This document shows positions 52,235 through 64,000 of a DNA stretch of 64,000 nt, one piece after another. Where the stretch lies: assembly GCA_044359385.1 (NCBI GenBank), contig JBIKMG010000003.1:2836-66835 (forward strand), given 5' to 3'. The first letter of the stretch is position 1; each line of letters opens with the position of its first letter. The notes under the pieces are model-generated. The model did not search any database. It was not told the origin of the DNA and saw only the letters and a list, made by a program, of their open reading frames with translations. A program made the position numbers and the translations under genes. The DNA comes from Coxiellaceae bacterium. GTDB lineage: Bacteria > Pseudomonadota > Gammaproteobacteria > JAJRRL01.

Positions 52235-53329
52235 CTACAAAAAAGAGGTAATGATTCCGCCACCTAAACATTGAGTTCCTTCATAGAATACAACTGATTG
52301 GCCTGGAGTTAAGGCACGTTGATGCGTGTTAAAGTGAACCCGAGCCATGTTGTTATCGAGTAAGTTAACGGTACAGCCTTGATCAAGATGGCGATAGCGC
52401 ATTTTGGAGTTGCAGCTAAAGAGCGGGTGGGGTTTAATGCCACTGATCCAGTGGACATGAGTGAGTGTGCATTCAGTGCGTAATAGTCTAGGATGATTCG
52501 CATTTTGTGCAACGACAAGAATATTGTTTTGGACGTCTTTATCGATCACATACCAGGGAGCGCCGTTGCTTCCGCGAGTGCCTCCAATATTTAAGCCTTG
52601 CCGTTGACCGAGCGTGTAGAAGATGACTCCATCGTGCTGACCAATGAGATGGCCATTCTCTGTTCGTATTTCACCGGGGCGTGGGGTTAAGAACTCTTTT
52701 AAAAAAGGTTTAAATGCACGTTCGCCCACAAAGCAAATGCCGGTTGAGTCTTTTTTCTTTGCATTAACTAAGCCACGTTTTCTTGCCGCTTCTCGAACAT
52801 CTTGTTTGCGCATTCCTCCAAGTGGGAAAAGGGATTGGCTTAGTTGCTCTTGATTGAGTAAATAAAGAAAATAACTTTGATCTTTGTTTTCATCAATTCC
52901 TTTATGCAGTTCAAAGCCGGTTTTTGTTTTTAGAATTTGTGCATAATGTCCAGTCGCTAGATAGGTAGAGCCTAGTTGATGCACTGTTTTTAAAAGTGGC
53001 TTGAACTTGATTTCACGGTTACAGAGCACATCAGGATTAGGGGTTCGGCCAGCTGCAAATTCATCCAAGCAGTGAGAAAATACGTTATCCCAATACTCTT
53101 TCGAAAAGTTGACGGTGGTGAGTTTAATGCCTAGTTGATCAGCAATCGCTCGGGCATCACTCAAGTCGATAGAGGCATTACAATGAGGATCGTTAGCATC
53201 CCAGTTTTGCATAAAGACAGCATTGACTTCATAATCTTGCTCTTGCAACAACGCAGCTGTTAGCGCGGAGTCTACTCCGCCAGAGAGGCCAATTGTTACC
53301 TTATTTCTTTTTTCTTGCTGGATGCTCAT
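52235..53329 (-). CDS. mnmA: tRNA-specific 2-thiouridylase
   Basis: PP-loop SGGVDS and the conserved C-terminal domain. Confidence 0.9.
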   Translation of the reverse strand: MSIQQEKRNKVTIGLSGGVDSALTAALLQEQDYEVNAVFMQNWDANDPHCNASIDLSDARAIADQLGIKLTTVNFSKEYWDNVFSHCLDEFAAGRTPNPDVLCNREIKFKPLLKTVHQLGSTYLATGHYAQILKTKTGFELHKGIDENKDQSYFLYLLNQEQLSQSLFPLGGMRKQDVREAARKRGLVNAKKKDSTGICFVGERAFKPFLKEFLTPRPGEIRTENGHLIGQHDGVIFYTLGQRQGLNIGGTRGSNGAPWYVIDKDVQNNILVVAQNANHPRLLRTECTLTHVHWISGIKPHPLFSCNSKMRYRHLDQGCTVNLLDNNMARVHFNTHQRALTPGQSVVFYEGTQCLGGGIITSFL

Positions 53330-53585
53330 TTTCGGTAGTGTATCGCGTTATTGTATTGAGTCAATGCAGATTTCATGCTGACTGGCTTTAGGAATCCCTT
53401 TCTAACTGTTACGACGCTAGGCAATCCAGGTAGTGCCACGGAGTATTCCTGGAATCAATAAAAGTAGGTCATTTGTTTTTCCAGTGTTTCGAGGAGTTCT
53501 GTAATTTTCAAGATGTATTTGTTAGAATCCGCGTCTGTGTATAGTTGATTGAGTATGCTCGCTGGGGATTCCTAGTGTTACCTAG

Positions 53586-55128
<1,543 letters not shown>

Positions 55129-55158
55129 TCATTTTGAATGAAGTTCAAGGATTCCTGG

Positions 55159-57033
55159 ATGAATCAATACCCGCTTTGGCGTTATCTTTTGGTACTTGTG
55201 TTATTGATTTTGGGCATCATTTACGCCTTGCCGAATTTGTATGGTGACTCACCAGCGATACAAATTTCTAACGCGTCAAGTACGAAAATCAGTCAGTCCA
55301 CCATTGCGACTATTCAAACCGACTTAAAGGCCGTTGGATTGACGGATGCATCCATTGAGACACAGGAAGGTGCCGTACTTATTCGGTTTAAATCAACCGA
55401 AGCACAGCTAAAGGCGCAAGATGTTTTGCAAAATAAATTAAGCTCAGACTTTAGTATTGCGCTTAATTTAGCACCAAAAACCCCTGCTTGGCTTAGGGCA
55501 TTAGGCGCTGAACCGATGAAATTAGGCTTGGATCTGCGGGGCGGGATTCACTTTCTGATGTATGTTGATATCAGTGCTGCTTTAAAACAAAGAGTAACGG
55601 GCGATATGACCTCAATGACCTCGTTTTTGCGCAATGAGCGGATTCGTTATCGAGGAGCTGCTGTAACAGAAACAGGCTTGTTATTGAATTTTTCAACACA
55701 AGCCAGTGCCTTGGCTGCACAAAGCAGCTTAAGCAATAATTATTCTACATATACGTATTCTGTTGCCCCTGCTGGGCCTGGTGTCTGGAGCTTAGCGGTT
55801 AGTATGACGCCGGCTGAAGTCACTCAATTTGAAGTCAATATCATGGATCAGACAATGTCGATATTGAGCAATCGAGTCAATGCGATTGGAGTGTCTGAGC
55901 CGGTTGTTCAGCAGCAAGGTGCCAATTACATCAGTATTGATTTGCCAGGCATTCAAGACTCTGCTCGAGCGAAAAAGATAATGGGCGCTGCAGCAACGGT
56001 TAGTATGCAGTTATTAGATCCGGCCAATAATGCATATACGGCGAAACAAACGGGAGTTATTCCTTTTGGTGATAAGTTATATGAGTTTCAGGGGATGCCG
56101 GTTTTATTGAAAAACAAAGTGGTTTTGAGCGGTACAGCAATTACGAATGCGAGTGCTGCTATGGATGAAAATGGTCGACCATCTGTAAATATATCCGTAT
56201 CCGGCGGTCAGGCTTCTTTGTTGTATGATACAACCAGTAAAAACTTAGGTAAGCCGATGGCCACCGTTTATATCGAGACAATAACGCATGTGGACAATAA
56301 GAACGGCAAGCATATCGTTACAACCGATAGCGTCTCACGCATTATCAATATTGCAACTATCCAAGGAGCATTCTCCACACAGTTCTCTATAACAGGGATG
56401 GAGTCGCCTCAAGCTTCTGAAAACTTAGCGTTACTTCTTCGATCGGGTGCCTATCCGATTGCGCCTGCGATTGTTGAGGAAAAAGTAGTTGGCCCGAGTA
56501 TGGGTAAAGAAAACATTGAAAAAGGTGAGCAATCTACAGTAGTTGGTTTTTTCTTGGTCGTTCTATTCATGCTGATATATTACCGATTTTTTGGTTTTGT
56601 TGCTGACATGGCTTTGTTGGTTAACTTGATTTTTATTGTCGCGGTGATGTCAGTCTTGCATGCAACTATGACCCTTCCCGGTATTGCGGGTATCGTGTTG
56701 ACGATTGGTATGGCGGTAGATGCGAACGTGCTCATTAATGAACGGATACGTGAAGAGTTGCGTCTGGGTATGACACCACAAGCCGCTATCAGCGCGGGCT
56801 ACGGAAGGGCCTTTTCCACGATTGTGGATGCTAATGTCACTACATTGATTGTTGCAGTTGTATTGTTTGGAATTGGATCAGGGCCAGTTAAGAGCTTTGC
56901 GATCACGTTGATTATTGGTTTGTTAACATCGATGTTATCGGCTATTTTCTTTACCCGATCTGTCGTCAATTTGCATTATGGCTACCGAGTGAAGTTGAAA
57001 AAATTGTCGATTGGTATTCGAGTGAAGGAGTAG
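55159..57033 (+). CDS. secD: Protein translocase subunit SecD
   Basis: Full-length SecD with a periplasmic domain and a C-terminal 6-TM core. AAGGA RBS before the ATG at 55159. Confidence 0.9.
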   Translation: MNQYPLWRYLLVLVLLILGIIYALPNLYGDSPAIQISNASSTKISQSTIATIQTDLKAVGLTDASIETQEGAVLIRFKSTEAQLKAQDVLQNKLSSDFSIALNLAPKTPAWLRALGAEPMKLGLDLRGGIHFLMYVDISAALKQRVTGDMTSMTSFLRNERIRYRGAAVTETGLLLNFSTQASALAAQSSLSNNYSTYTYSVAPAGPGVWSLAVSMTPAEVTQFEVNIMDQTMSILSNRVNAIGVSEPVVQQQGANYISIDLPGIQDSARAKKIMGAAATVSMQLLDPANNAYTAKQTGVIPFGDKLYEFQGMPVLLKNKVVLSGTAITNASAAMDENGRPSVNISVSGGQASLLYDTTSKNLGKPMATVYIETITHVDNKNGKHIVTTDSVSRIINIATIQGAFSTQFSITGMESPQASENLALLLRSGAYPIAPAIVEEKVVGPSMGKENIEKGEQSTVVGFFLVVLFMLIYYRFFGFVADMALLVNLIFIVAVMSVLHATMTLPGIAGIVLTIGMAVDANVLINERIREELRLGMTPQAAISAGYGRAFSTIVDANVTTLIVAVVLFGIGSGPVKSFAITLIIGLLTSMLSAIFFTRSVVNLHYGYRVKLKKLSIGIRVKE

Positions 57034-57100
57034 AAATCGACAATCATAGGAAAAAGTGGTTCCTATAACATAAAGCGCAATAAAAAAGGGGAGCAAACGA

Positions 57101-58006
57101 GTGGAGTTTTTTAAAGTCAATACGCGCATTCAATTCATGCGGCAGCGCAAGGGTGCGATGATTTTTTCAATTATTATTATTGCGCTATCTCTTTTTAGTC
57201 TTGGTTTTTATGGTTTAAATTTAGGTCTAGATTTTACAGGCGGCACAAAAATTGAGGTTGCTTTTCCTCACTCAGTTAATGCTAATGATCTTCGTGATCA
57301 GTTGCATCTGAATGGTTTTCCGCAGGCGGTGGTGCAAGCATACGATGTTCGTAATTATGTTATTCGGATTGGTCCAGATAAGAAAGATTTGCATACAAAA
57401 ATCATCGCATTATTCCCGGATGTCAAGATACAAGAAATTAGTATGATTGGTCCCCAGGTGAGTAAGGAGCTGATGACGCATGGGGTTTTAGCGATAGTTG
57501 TCGCCTTATTGGCAACAATAGTTTATATTGCATTGCGTTTTGAATTTCGTTTTGCTTTGAGCGCCGCACTTGCGTTATTGCATGATCCCATTCTTATTTT
57601 AGGCGTATTTTCATTTTTTCATTTAGAGTTTGATTTAATTGTTTTAGCTGCGTTGTTGACCGTTATTGGTTACTCGCTCAATGACACGATTGTGGTTTAT
57701 GATCGGGTGCGTGAGAATTTTCTTAAGCTTCGCAAAGGAACGCCAATGGAAGTGATGGATTTGTCGATCAATCAAACCTTATCTCGGACCATTATGACAT
57801 CCGGTTTAACCTTGTTGGTCGTTTGTGCCCTTATTATTTATGGTGGTAGCACGTTATTTGGCTTTTCATTGGCGCTAATTATCGGTATTGTCATTGGAAC
57901 GTATTCCTCCATTTATGTAGCTGGGTCATTAGCAATTTCGTTTGGTTTGGAGCGCAAACACTTGATGGCTGGGCCCAGTCGGCGTTATGAGGATGACCTA
58001 CCCTGA
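57101..58006 (+). CDS. secF: Protein translocase subunit SecF
   Basis: GLDFTGG motif and 6 TM helices. It directly follows secD. Confidence 0.9.
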   Translation: MEFFKVNTRIQFMRQRKGAMIFSIIIIALSLFSLGFYGLNLGLDFTGGTKIEVAFPHSVNANDLRDQLHLNGFPQAVVQAYDVRNYVIRIGPDKKDLHTKIIALFPDVKIQEISMIGPQVSKELMTHGVLAIVVALLATIVYIALRFEFRFALSAALALLHDPILILGVFSFFHLEFDLIVLAALLTVIGYSLNDTIVVYDRVRENFLKLRKGTPMEVMDLSINQTLSRTIMTSGLTLLVVCALIIYGGSTLFGFSLALIIGIVIGTYSSIYVAGSLAISFGLERKHLMAGPSRRYEDDLP

Positions 58007-58155
58007 TAACGTGATTGCTTTTTCCGCCTTAGACGGGTTATAAGTCGATATTTTTATACGCATCAGAAATTTCACAGAAGATAAAACATAACTTGTTTAT
58101 CAGCGAGTTGGAGTGTAAAATCGCGGCATTTCATCCTGCACACGAGAGGGTCTTA

Positions 58156-59340
58156 ATGGATAGAAAACAGAGTTGTATCAAAGACAGTACAAAACGCACC
58201 CCTATCAAATGTGTACTTGCTTTAGTTTTGTTTTTTTACTCCCTCTTGTCCCTTGCGTCCAAGTATAATACGCCCATAGGTTATACATCGGTGAGTCAAC
58301 GTATTTATTCCATTCATATGCTTGCCTTTTGGGTATCTGTGCTGATTTGTGTTTTTGTGTTTACTTGGATGATTATTAATTTTGTTAAATATAGAAAGTC
58401 TAAAGGTGCGGTTGCTGAGGAAATACATGGGCATATAGGAGTTGAGATTTTGTGGACGGTGATACCAGCGATTTTGTTAGTGATCATGGCAATACCAGCA
58501 ACAAAAGGCTTGATGCTTATTCATAATACAGAGCATCCCAGTATGACCATTGAGGTGATTGGTTATCAGTGGAAATGGCGCTACCAGTATCTGGATCAAG
58601 GGATTGATTTTTTTAGTAACTTGGCGACTCCTACTGAGCAGATCAATGGAACAGAAAAAAAGAATGAATGGTTTTTGTTAGAAGTGGATAAACCCATGGT
58701 GGTACCAGTGGACACAAAGATTCGACTATTGATTACCTCAGATGATGTGATTCATGATTGGTGGGTACCAGAATTGGGTATAAAACAAGATGCGATACCA
58801 GGTTATGTTAATGAGAACTGGATGAAGATAGATAAACCAGGGATTTACCGAGGGCAGTGTGCAGAACTTTGCGGTGTTTACCACGGTTTTATGCCCATAG
58901 TTGTGAAAGCTGTTTCGCAGTCAGAGTTCAATCAGTGGGCTTCGCAGCAAAAAACGGTAGGTCAGCCTACGCTTGCCGTTAATTCTGCTCCTGTAAAACC
59001 ATTAGCGAAAGATGTTTTGCTAACCGAAGGTAAGCAGGTGTATGCAACACACTGTGCTGTTTGCCATCAGACCAATGGGAAGGGGTTACCACCGACGTTC
59101 CCAGCCATAGCAGGATCAGGGATTGCAACAGGTCCACTTGCAGCACATATTCATATCGTCTTGTACGGAAAAGCAGGCACCACTATGCAGGCATTTAAGG
59201 ATCAGCTCAGCCCAGAAGAGATTGCTGCTGTCATTACTTATGAGAGAGAGTCTTTTGGAAATGGTGCAAAAAATACAGGCCTTAAACAGCCAATCGTTGT
59301 TCAGTCAACAGATATTACTCAGCAACTGAATCAGGGGTAA
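58156..59340 (+). CDS. coxB: Cytochrome c oxidase subunit II with fused C-terminal c-type cytochrome domain (caa3-type)
   Basis: CuA site CAELCG..H plus a C-terminal CAVCH haem-c motif. GAGAGGG RBS. Confidence 0.85.
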   Translation: MDRKQSCIKDSTKRTPIKCVLALVLFFYSLLSLASKYNTPIGYTSVSQRIYSIHMLAFWVSVLICVFVFTWMIINFVKYRKSKGAVAEEIHGHIGVEILWTVIPAILLVIMAIPATKGLMLIHNTEHPSMTIEVIGYQWKWRYQYLDQGIDFFSNLATPTEQINGTEKKNEWFLLEVDKPMVVPVDTKIRLLITSDDVIHDWWVPELGIKQDAIPGYVNENWMKIDKPGIYRGQCAELCGVYHGFMPIVVKAVSQSEFNQWASQQKTVGQPTLAVNSAPVKPLAKDVLLTEGKQVYATHCAVCHQTNGKGLPPTFPAIAGSGIATGPLAAHIHIVLYGKAGTTMQAFKDQLSPEEIAAVITYERESFGNGAKNTGLKQPIVVQSTDITQQLNQG

Positions 59341-59350
59341 GGGGAGCAAG

Positions 59351-60919
59351 ATGAGCTATCACGGAAATCTTAACCACGACCACAAGGCAATGGGAATTAA
59401 GCGTTGGTTGTTTTCAACGAACCACAAAGATATCGGCACGATGTATTTATTTTTTGCTTTGATTATGGCAGTGATTGCGACACTGATGTCTGTTATAATT
59501 CGCATTGAACTCTATGAACCAGGGTTTGTATTTATTCAGCCTGAATTTTATAATCAAATGATTACCATGCATGGCATCTTGATGATTTTTGGTGTGGCAA
59601 TGCCGGCTGCAACGGGGTTGGCGAATTGGATGATTCCTCCGATGATTGGAGCGCCTGATATGGCATTGCCACGCTTAAATAACTGGAGCTTTTGGTTATT
59701 GCCGTTTGCATTCGCATTATCACTATCTACTTTTTTAGGAAAGACTGGTGCGCCTGATTTTGGTTGGACATTTTACGCGCCTCTATCGACAACCTACGCG
59801 CCTAAGGGTACTGATTTTTTTATTTTCTCTGTCCATATGATGGGTATTTCATCGATCCTAGCTTCGTTAAATGTAGTGGTAACGGTCATTAACATGCGGT
59901 GCCCAGGTATGACGTGGATGAAACTACCTGTATTTGTTTGGTCGTGGTTTATTACGGCATTTCTGCTTTTAGCTGTGATGCCAGTTTTGGCGGGTTGCGT
60001 GACTATGATGTTGTTAGATCGAAACTTCCATACTGCTTTTTTTGAAGCAGCAGGCGGCGGTGATCCCGTATTATTTCAGCATATGTTTTGGTTCTTTGGT
60101 CATCCGGAAGTCTATGTTTTAGTATTGCCAGCTTTTGGCGTGATTTCTGAAGTTATTCCTACTTTTTCGCGTAAAAAATTATTCGGATATAATGTGATGG
60201 TCTATGCAACGGTTGCGATTGCAGGGTTAGGTTTCTTGGTTTGGATGCATCATATGTTTACTACAGGAGCAGGATTATCGGCCCAGCTCTTTTTTATGTA
60301 TACAACGATGATCATTGCTATACCCACAGGTGTTAAAGTATTTAACTGGTTGGGGACTATGTATCGAGGCTCATTAACGTTTGAGACGCCAATGCTTTTT
60401 GCAATGGGTTTTTTAGTTGTTTTTACAGTCGGTGGTGTGACCGGAATTATGTGTTCATTAGTTCCAGCAGATTATCAGTATCGAGGCAGTTACTTTGTAG
60501 TGGCTCATTTCCATTATCCCATTTTAGCCATTATCTTGGCCTTCTTTGCCGCTGTCTATTTCTGGATTCCGAAGTGGTTTGGTAAGATGTATTCGGAACC
60601 GCTCGGAAAATGGCACTTTTGGTTGACGATTATTTTTACCAACCTTACTTTTTTCCCAATGCATTTTGTAGGTTTAGCAGGTATGCCACGACGTATTCCT
60701 GATTATCCCCTGCAGTTTACAGATATGAATCAGTTTATATCCATTTCTGCATTTATTTTGGTAGCATCTCAGTTTTTGTTTATATACAACGTATTTCGAT
60801 CTGTTCGTCATGGCATGGAAGCTCCGATGAAGCCCTGGGATGGTGCAGAAGGTTTGATTTGGACGTTGCCTTCGCCGATGCCATACCATAGCTTTGAAAC
60901 GCCGCCCACTGTGGAGTAG
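59351..60919 (+). CDS. coxA: Cytochrome c oxidase subunit I
   Basis: 522 aa with 12 TM helices and the canonical haem-copper oxidase histidines (WFFGHPEVY, HHMF). Confidence 0.95.
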   Translation: MSYHGNLNHDHKAMGIKRWLFSTNHKDIGTMYLFFALIMAVIATLMSVIIRIELYEPGFVFIQPEFYNQMITMHGILMIFGVAMPAATGLANWMIPPMIGAPDMALPRLNNWSFWLLPFAFALSLSTFLGKTGAPDFGWTFYAPLSTTYAPKGTDFFIFSVHMMGISSILASLNVVVTVINMRCPGMTWMKLPVFVWSWFITAFLLLAVMPVLAGCVTMMLLDRNFHTAFFEAAGGGDPVLFQHMFWFFGHPEVYVLVLPAFGVISEVIPTFSRKKLFGYNVMVYATVAIAGLGFLVWMHHMFTTGAGLSAQLFFMYTTMIIAIPTGVKVFNWLGTMYRGSLTFETPMLFAMGFLVVFTVGGVTGIMCSLVPADYQYRGSYFVVAHFHYPILAIILAFFAAVYFWIPKWFGKMYSEPLGKWHFWLTIIFTNLTFFPMHFVGLAGMPRRIPDYPLQFTDMNQFISISAFILVASQFLFIYNVFRSVRHGMEAPMKPWDGAEGLIWTLPSPMPYHSFETPPTVE

Positions 60920-60920
60920 T

Positions 60921-61511
60921 ATGTCCTTTAGACTTTCCCCTAAGAGCAAAAAAAATCTCGTTATTTGCTATACAGTTCTCGGTATTTTTTCAATGTTTGG
61001 ATTTAGTTATTTAATGGTTCCCTTGTATACTTTAGTTTGTAAAAATCTCGGTATCAATGGTCGAACTAGCTCTGGACCTGACTCACTGATTTCAGGAATG
61101 AGTGCAGATAGGTCACGGACGATTGATGTCGAATTTACAGCCACGGTACATGGCGACTTTGCTTTTGAGTTTCGTCCGTTGATTCGGCACCTCAAAGTCC
61201 ATCCGGGTGAGACTAAGCTTCTGTATTACTATGCTGAGAATAAAACGGGACATTCAATTACAATACAGGCTATTCCAAGTATTATGCCGGATGACTCAGC
61301 AAAGTATTTCAAGAAAACCCAATGCTTTTGTTTTACACAGCAATATTTCTTTAATGGCGAAAAAGCAGATATGCCGGTTTATTTTTATATTTCTCCTGAT
61401 GTACCTAAACGCACAAAGACAATGGTTTTGTCATATACACTGTATGATGTGAAGAAGTTTTTAAAAAATAAGGAAAGATATTATCGAAAAGGGCGAATTG
61501 ATGTGAGTTAA
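60921..61511 (+). CDS. ctaG: Cytochrome c oxidase assembly protein CtaG/Cox11
   Basis: Single N-terminal TM and the CFCF copper-binding motif. The ATG immediately follows the coxA stop. Confidence 0.8.
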   Translation: MSFRLSPKSKKNLVICYTVLGIFSMFGFSYLMVPLYTLVCKNLGINGRTSSGPDSLISGMSADRSRTIDVEFTATVHGDFAFEFRPLIRHLKVHPGETKLLYYYAENKTGHSITIQAIPSIMPDDSAKYFKKTQCFCFTQQYFFNGEKADMPVYFYISPDVPKRTKTMVLSYTLYDVKKFLKNKERYYRKGRIDVS

Positions 61512-61599
61512 GCCGTGTTACCGTAAGTATTGCCTAGAAAATACAAGGCGAAAAAATCAGTGACTTTCAGCGAATAACTTAGGCTGTTTGGGAGTAATC

Positions 61600-62595
61600 A
61601 TGCAAAGAAAAATACGACATCGATGGGTCATAGGTTTTACCTTTTGCTTTTCATGGTTTGTCATTGGTCTTGGAGCATTTACACGGTTGACCGATTCAGG
61701 CCTTAGCTGTCCTGACTGGCCTGGTTGTTACGGTAAGCTTTACGTGGGTAAGATGGGGTCTGTCGTCAGTCACTTTCGTATGTGGGCTGAGATGTCTCAT
61801 CGCTACGCAGTTTTACTATTAACGATTTTTATTATTTTAGTGTTGATGGTGTTATGGCTAAACAAATGTCACGTTAAACCCCTGCAATGGTTTTTTGCGA
61901 TTCTTTTGCTACTTCTCCTGATCTATCAGCCTTTACTGGGCATGTGGACAGTTACCTTACAGTTACATCCGAGTATTGTGAGTCAGCATTTATTGAGTGG
62001 TTTATCTTTAATGGTATTGATAGGAGTGCAATGGCTTTATTTTTCAAATTATTATTCGCAACCCGTATCGATTAAAAGACGATCATTTTTTGGTGTAGGA
62101 GGACTTGTTATTCTTATTTTATGCTATGGTCAGTTATTTTTGGGTGCTTGGACATCCACTAATTATGCGGCGTTAAGTTGTGATTCGTTTCCATTTTGTC
62201 ATATTGACCCCTGGTTATATCAATTCAAAGAAGCATTTAATCTATGGCGTCCGTTGGGTGATAATTACAGCGGTGGGGTAATTTCTGAAGATGCACGTAG
62301 AACAATTCAGGTTGTACATCGCTTGGGTGCTTTGATAGTCGGCGTTTGTATATCGGTATGGATAGGAATGCTAGTGTCAGTTGTAAGGTCTCTGCGCCTG
62401 TTATTGTGGTGTTATTTTGTGGTTTTTTTGCTCTTGTTGCAAGTAATATGGGGGCTTTTTGTGGTTTACTTTTCCCATCCATTGACGATAGCCCTGTTGC
62501 ATACATTGACTGCTGGAGCCTTGCTTATGTCCATCGTTACCCTGAATTATCAGCTTTGGTGTGTCAACAAAGGAGGGTATCCGCGTGTCGAATAA
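61600..62595 (+). CDS. ctaA: Haem A synthase (CtaA/COX15)
   Basis: CPDWPGCYG motif and 8 TM helices. GGAG RBS before the ATG at 61600. Confidence 0.8.
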   Translation: MQRKIRHRWVIGFTFCFSWFVIGLGAFTRLTDSGLSCPDWPGCYGKLYVGKMGSVVSHFRMWAEMSHRYAVLLLTIFIILVLMVLWLNKCHVKPLQWFFAILLLLLLIYQPLLGMWTVTLQLHPSIVSQHLLSGLSLMVLIGVQWLYFSNYYSQPVSIKRRSFFGVGGLVILILCYGQLFLGAWTSTNYAALSCDSFPFCHIDPWLYQFKEAFNLWRPLGDNYSGGVISEDARRTIQVVHRLGALIVGVCISVWIGMLVSVVRSLRLLLWCYFVVFLLLLQVIWGLFVVYFSHPLTIALLHTLTAGALLMSIVTLNYQLWCVNKGGYPRVE

Positions 62596-63022
62596 ACATT
62601 TTTGGATAGTTGTCTCTTTTGTATTAGCCTTTATCGCGGGCTTATCGCTTTCATGGTTTCAGCATCGTCAAAAATTTGCAGTACAAATGGAGGCGAATGC
62701 CCCAGTGATACAAACATTGCATTACCCAGACAGTTTTGCGAATCAAATAAAAGGGAATGCGAACGCTGGTGCGATTGTGTATCACTCGTATTGTGTGACT
62801 TGTCATGCAAAAGATGCGGAGATTCCTGTTAATGCACCACGACTCGATCAGAAAAAATTATGGCTTGGATTGAAAAGCTTGGGTAAGCGTCAATTACTGG
62901 AAAATACAATCAATGGGATAGGTGCTATGCCTGCGCGTGGAGGATGTTTTGAGTGTGATGATAACAGTTTAAGTTTAGCAATTGATTATATGTTGAGGCA
63001 GTCGTTGGGAGTGAAGCAGTGA
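62585..63022 (+). CDS. Membrane-anchored mono-haem c-type cytochrome (cytochrome c5-like)
   Basis: N-terminal TM anchor, CVTCH haem-binding motif, and a C-terminal GGCFEC pair as in cytochrome c5. Starts at GTG with an AGGAGG RBS and overlaps the ctaA end. Confidence 0.65.
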   Translation: MSNKHFWIVVSFVLAFIAGLSLSWFQHRQKFAVQMEANAPVIQTLHYPDSFANQIKGNANAGAIVYHSYCVTCHAKDAEIPVNAPRLDQKKLWLGLKSLGKRQLLENTINGIGAMPARGGCFECDDNSLSLAIDYMLRQSLGVKQ

Positions 63023-63414
63023 TTAAGTTATTGCATATATTAACGATGTTGATATTTGTTTCATGTTTTATGATAGGAAATTTTTTTTGGAAACCATCAG
63101 GTGTGACTTATCCGCATTTAAAAAAGAGTATAGCGTATTTGATGGGTTTGTTATTGCTGAGTGTTGTTCTGGGCGTCTTCTTGGTGGATGAAAAAGGGTA
63201 TTTTTTAACAACACCTTGGATTCAGGTAGCGTTATTGGGGTCATTGATTTTGTTTTTTTTACTTGCGGCAATTTTTTATCTGTGGCGGAAGCGATTATTC
63301 AGTGGAGAGCTTAGTAGGTTGGATAAAATCGCTTTGTGTATGCTTCAACTACTTTCTTTTAGTATTCTAGTGATTATCATGCATGATGCAGTGACCAAAA
63401 CAACGATTTTATAG
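63019..63414 (+). CDS. Small 4-TM membrane protein (paralog 1)
   Basis: ORF overlapping the preceding stop by 4 nt. 4 predicted TM helices. Unknown family. Confidence 0.5.
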   Translation: MIKLLHILTMLIFVSCFMIGNFFWKPSGVTYPHLKKSIAYLMGLLLLSVVLGVFLVDEKGYFLTTPWIQVALLGSLILFFLLAAIFYLWRKRLFSGELSRLDKIALCMLQLLSFSILVIIMHDAVTKTTIL

Positions 63415-63459
63415 TTAAGAAACTGTATCGATTATGATTTTGAGGCAAGTTGGGGAGTC

Positions 63460-63903
63460 ATGTTGTATTACTATTTAAAAATAGCGCATGTTATGATCGC
63501 GTGCTGTTTATTAGCGGCCTGTTCTTGGTCATTGTTGCCAATATATCGAGTTTGGAAGTATGTGTTTTGGTGGAAGTGGGTTTCGCATTTTCAGATCAGC
63601 TTTCAGCGCATGTTAATCGTCGTTCCATTGGGGGTATTACAGGGTGCGTTAGGAATGAGTATTTTGTCGGTTGAGCCATCAGTCGTCCCTCGCTATGAAG
63701 TGGCGGGTTTACTCGCTTGTTTTGCAGTATTGTGTCTGCTTTGGCTGATCGCAACGGGTGTGATTAAGTGTGTGGCATTAGCGGTTCGGCGGACTCATTG
63801 TGTGTCCAGAAAAGAAATCCATCGATTTTTTCAGGTCTGGATTTTTTGCTTATTCGCTGTATTTATAGTTATGTTATTTTGGATGGTTAATCTTATTCAG
63901 TAA
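63460..63903 (+). CDS. Small 4-TM membrane protein (paralog 2)
   Basis: Similar size and topology to the preceding ORF, with weak sequence resemblance, suggesting a tandem duplicate. Confidence 0.5.
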   Translation: MLYYYLKIAHVMIACCLLAACSWSLLPIYRVWKYVFWWKWVSHFQISFQRMLIVVPLGVLQGALGMSILSVEPSVVPRYEVAGLLACFAVLCLLWLIATGVIKCVALAVRRTHCVSRKEIHRFFQVWIFCLFAVFIVMLFWMVNLIQ

Positions 63904-64000
63904 GATCATAAATTGTTGAGTGAGGATAAAAAAAGAAGGATTGGCGTTTCCTAGCGTCGACCTCCAAAAATGCGCAATAGGAAAAGGAACATATTGATAA

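Overview
This 64 kb window is a gene-dense stretch of a gammaproteobacterial chromosome, about 90% coding and overwhelmingly housekeeping. Several features point tentatively to a Legionellales, Coxiella-like organism: moderate GC, a signal-peptide-bearing Mip-type FKBP isomerase directly upstream of purL, tight gene packing with ATGA/TAG-overlapping junctions, and several lineage-restricted hypothetical proteins. I could not verify the organism.

Gene order on the window: rocD (partial) and an arginase; a Uup-like ABC-F ATPase; a small Cys-rich lipoprotein; lpxB translationally coupled to a Gfo/Idh/MocA oxidoreductase; tadA; ppa; an MFS transporter; mip; purL; a BolA-family gene; yciB; minCDE; a 1221-aa polytopic membrane protein with a Cys-rich exoplasmic domain; dusA; rpmE; two lineage-restricted hypotheticals; ddl; dnaE; a 2OG-Fe(II) oxygenase and a GT9 heptosyltransferase; tRNA-Leu(CAA); a HIT protein; a holD-like gene; an acidic hypothetical; a beta-lactamase-family protein that has lost its catalytic Ser/Lys; pgsA followed by tRNA Gly-Cys-Leu; lolCD; hflX; purA; relA; rlmD; rseP; an AT-rich islet carrying a GH25 muramidase-like gene and a rhodanese relic; clpA with no clpS; mfd; mnmA; tgt; yajC-secD-secF; and a caa3-type oxidase cluster (coxB with fused cyt c, coxA, cox11, ctaA, a cyt c5-like protein and two small membrane paralogs) with no subunit III in the window.

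There are no CRISPR arrays, IS elements, integrases or phage blocks. The most notable items are the giant membrane protein, the GH25 islet, the LPS-associated oxygenase and Gfo/Idh/MocA genes, the dead beta-lactamase homolog, and the hypothetical gene pair between rpmE and ddl.
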